Source of the DNA: a virus
IMG/VR virus record: IMGVR_UViG_3300009506_000002
Span: 32,001 to 96,000 of that record
Length of the DNA: 64,000 nt
Direction: 5' to 3' (one strand)
Below are positions 63,864-64,000 of the stretch, in pieces (the first letter of the stretch is position 1; every line of letters begins with the position of its first letter). A program made the translations under genes and the position numbers. The notes under the pieces were generated by a model, which was not told the DNA's origin, did not search any database, and worked only from the letters and a program-made list of their open reading frames with translations.

Positions 63864-63892
63864 ATTCTACACTAAAACGGTGCCGTTGTCAA
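63864..63892 (-). promoter_or_regulatory. Early promoter with 12-bp dyad
   Basis: TTGACA-17-TAGAAT; AACGG-CA-CCGTT. Confidence 0.85.
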
Positions 63893-64000
63893 GCACTTTC
63901 TGGCGCGTCGAGGTTCCAAGGATATTTGACGATCTCGTCGGTGATGACGTTGTGGAAATAGTCAGGAATGAAATCTGACTTGGCTCGCAGGTCAATGGTT
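63889..64000 (-). CDS. C-terminus of a gene entering from outside the window, possibly a phosphoribosyltransferase
   Basis: ...FIPDYF...IVKYPW... Confidence 0.4.
   Translation of the reverse strand, partial: TIDLRAKSDFIPDYFHNVITDEIVKYPWNLDAPESA

Overview
A 64 kb segment of a T4-like (contractile-tailed) dsDNA phage genome of roughly 50% GC, almost entirely on the - strand. Positions 1-7.1 kb carry recombination and transcription genes (gp46, gp47, gp55, uvsW, uvsY). Positions 7.2-47 kb carry the head, packaging, neck, lysis, tail-fibre, baseplate and tail module. Positions 47-64 kb carry gp32, gp59, gp33, dsbA and thyA, then an accessory region of short genes behind near-consensus sigma70 promoters. 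Main leads: (1) a possible set of immune decoys, namely truncated or catalytically dead copies of three phage proteins known to trigger bacterial immunity (prohead protease, directly coupled to an Acb1 anti-CBASS gene; the Gol segment of the major capsid protein; and a terminase-like ATPase core); (2) a ~500-nt structured non-coding region with its own promoter between gp55 and uvsW; (3) late promoters placed 5-6 nt before start codons, implying leaderless mRNAs; (4) a -1 slippery site fusing gp26 and gp51-like ORFs upstream of the tape-measure gene; (5) a 12-bp dyad shared by five early promoters; (6) an RBS-occluding hairpin in front of an RNA-repair gene pair. All protein identifications come from motif recognition and T4-like synteny read by eye. 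No searches were run.
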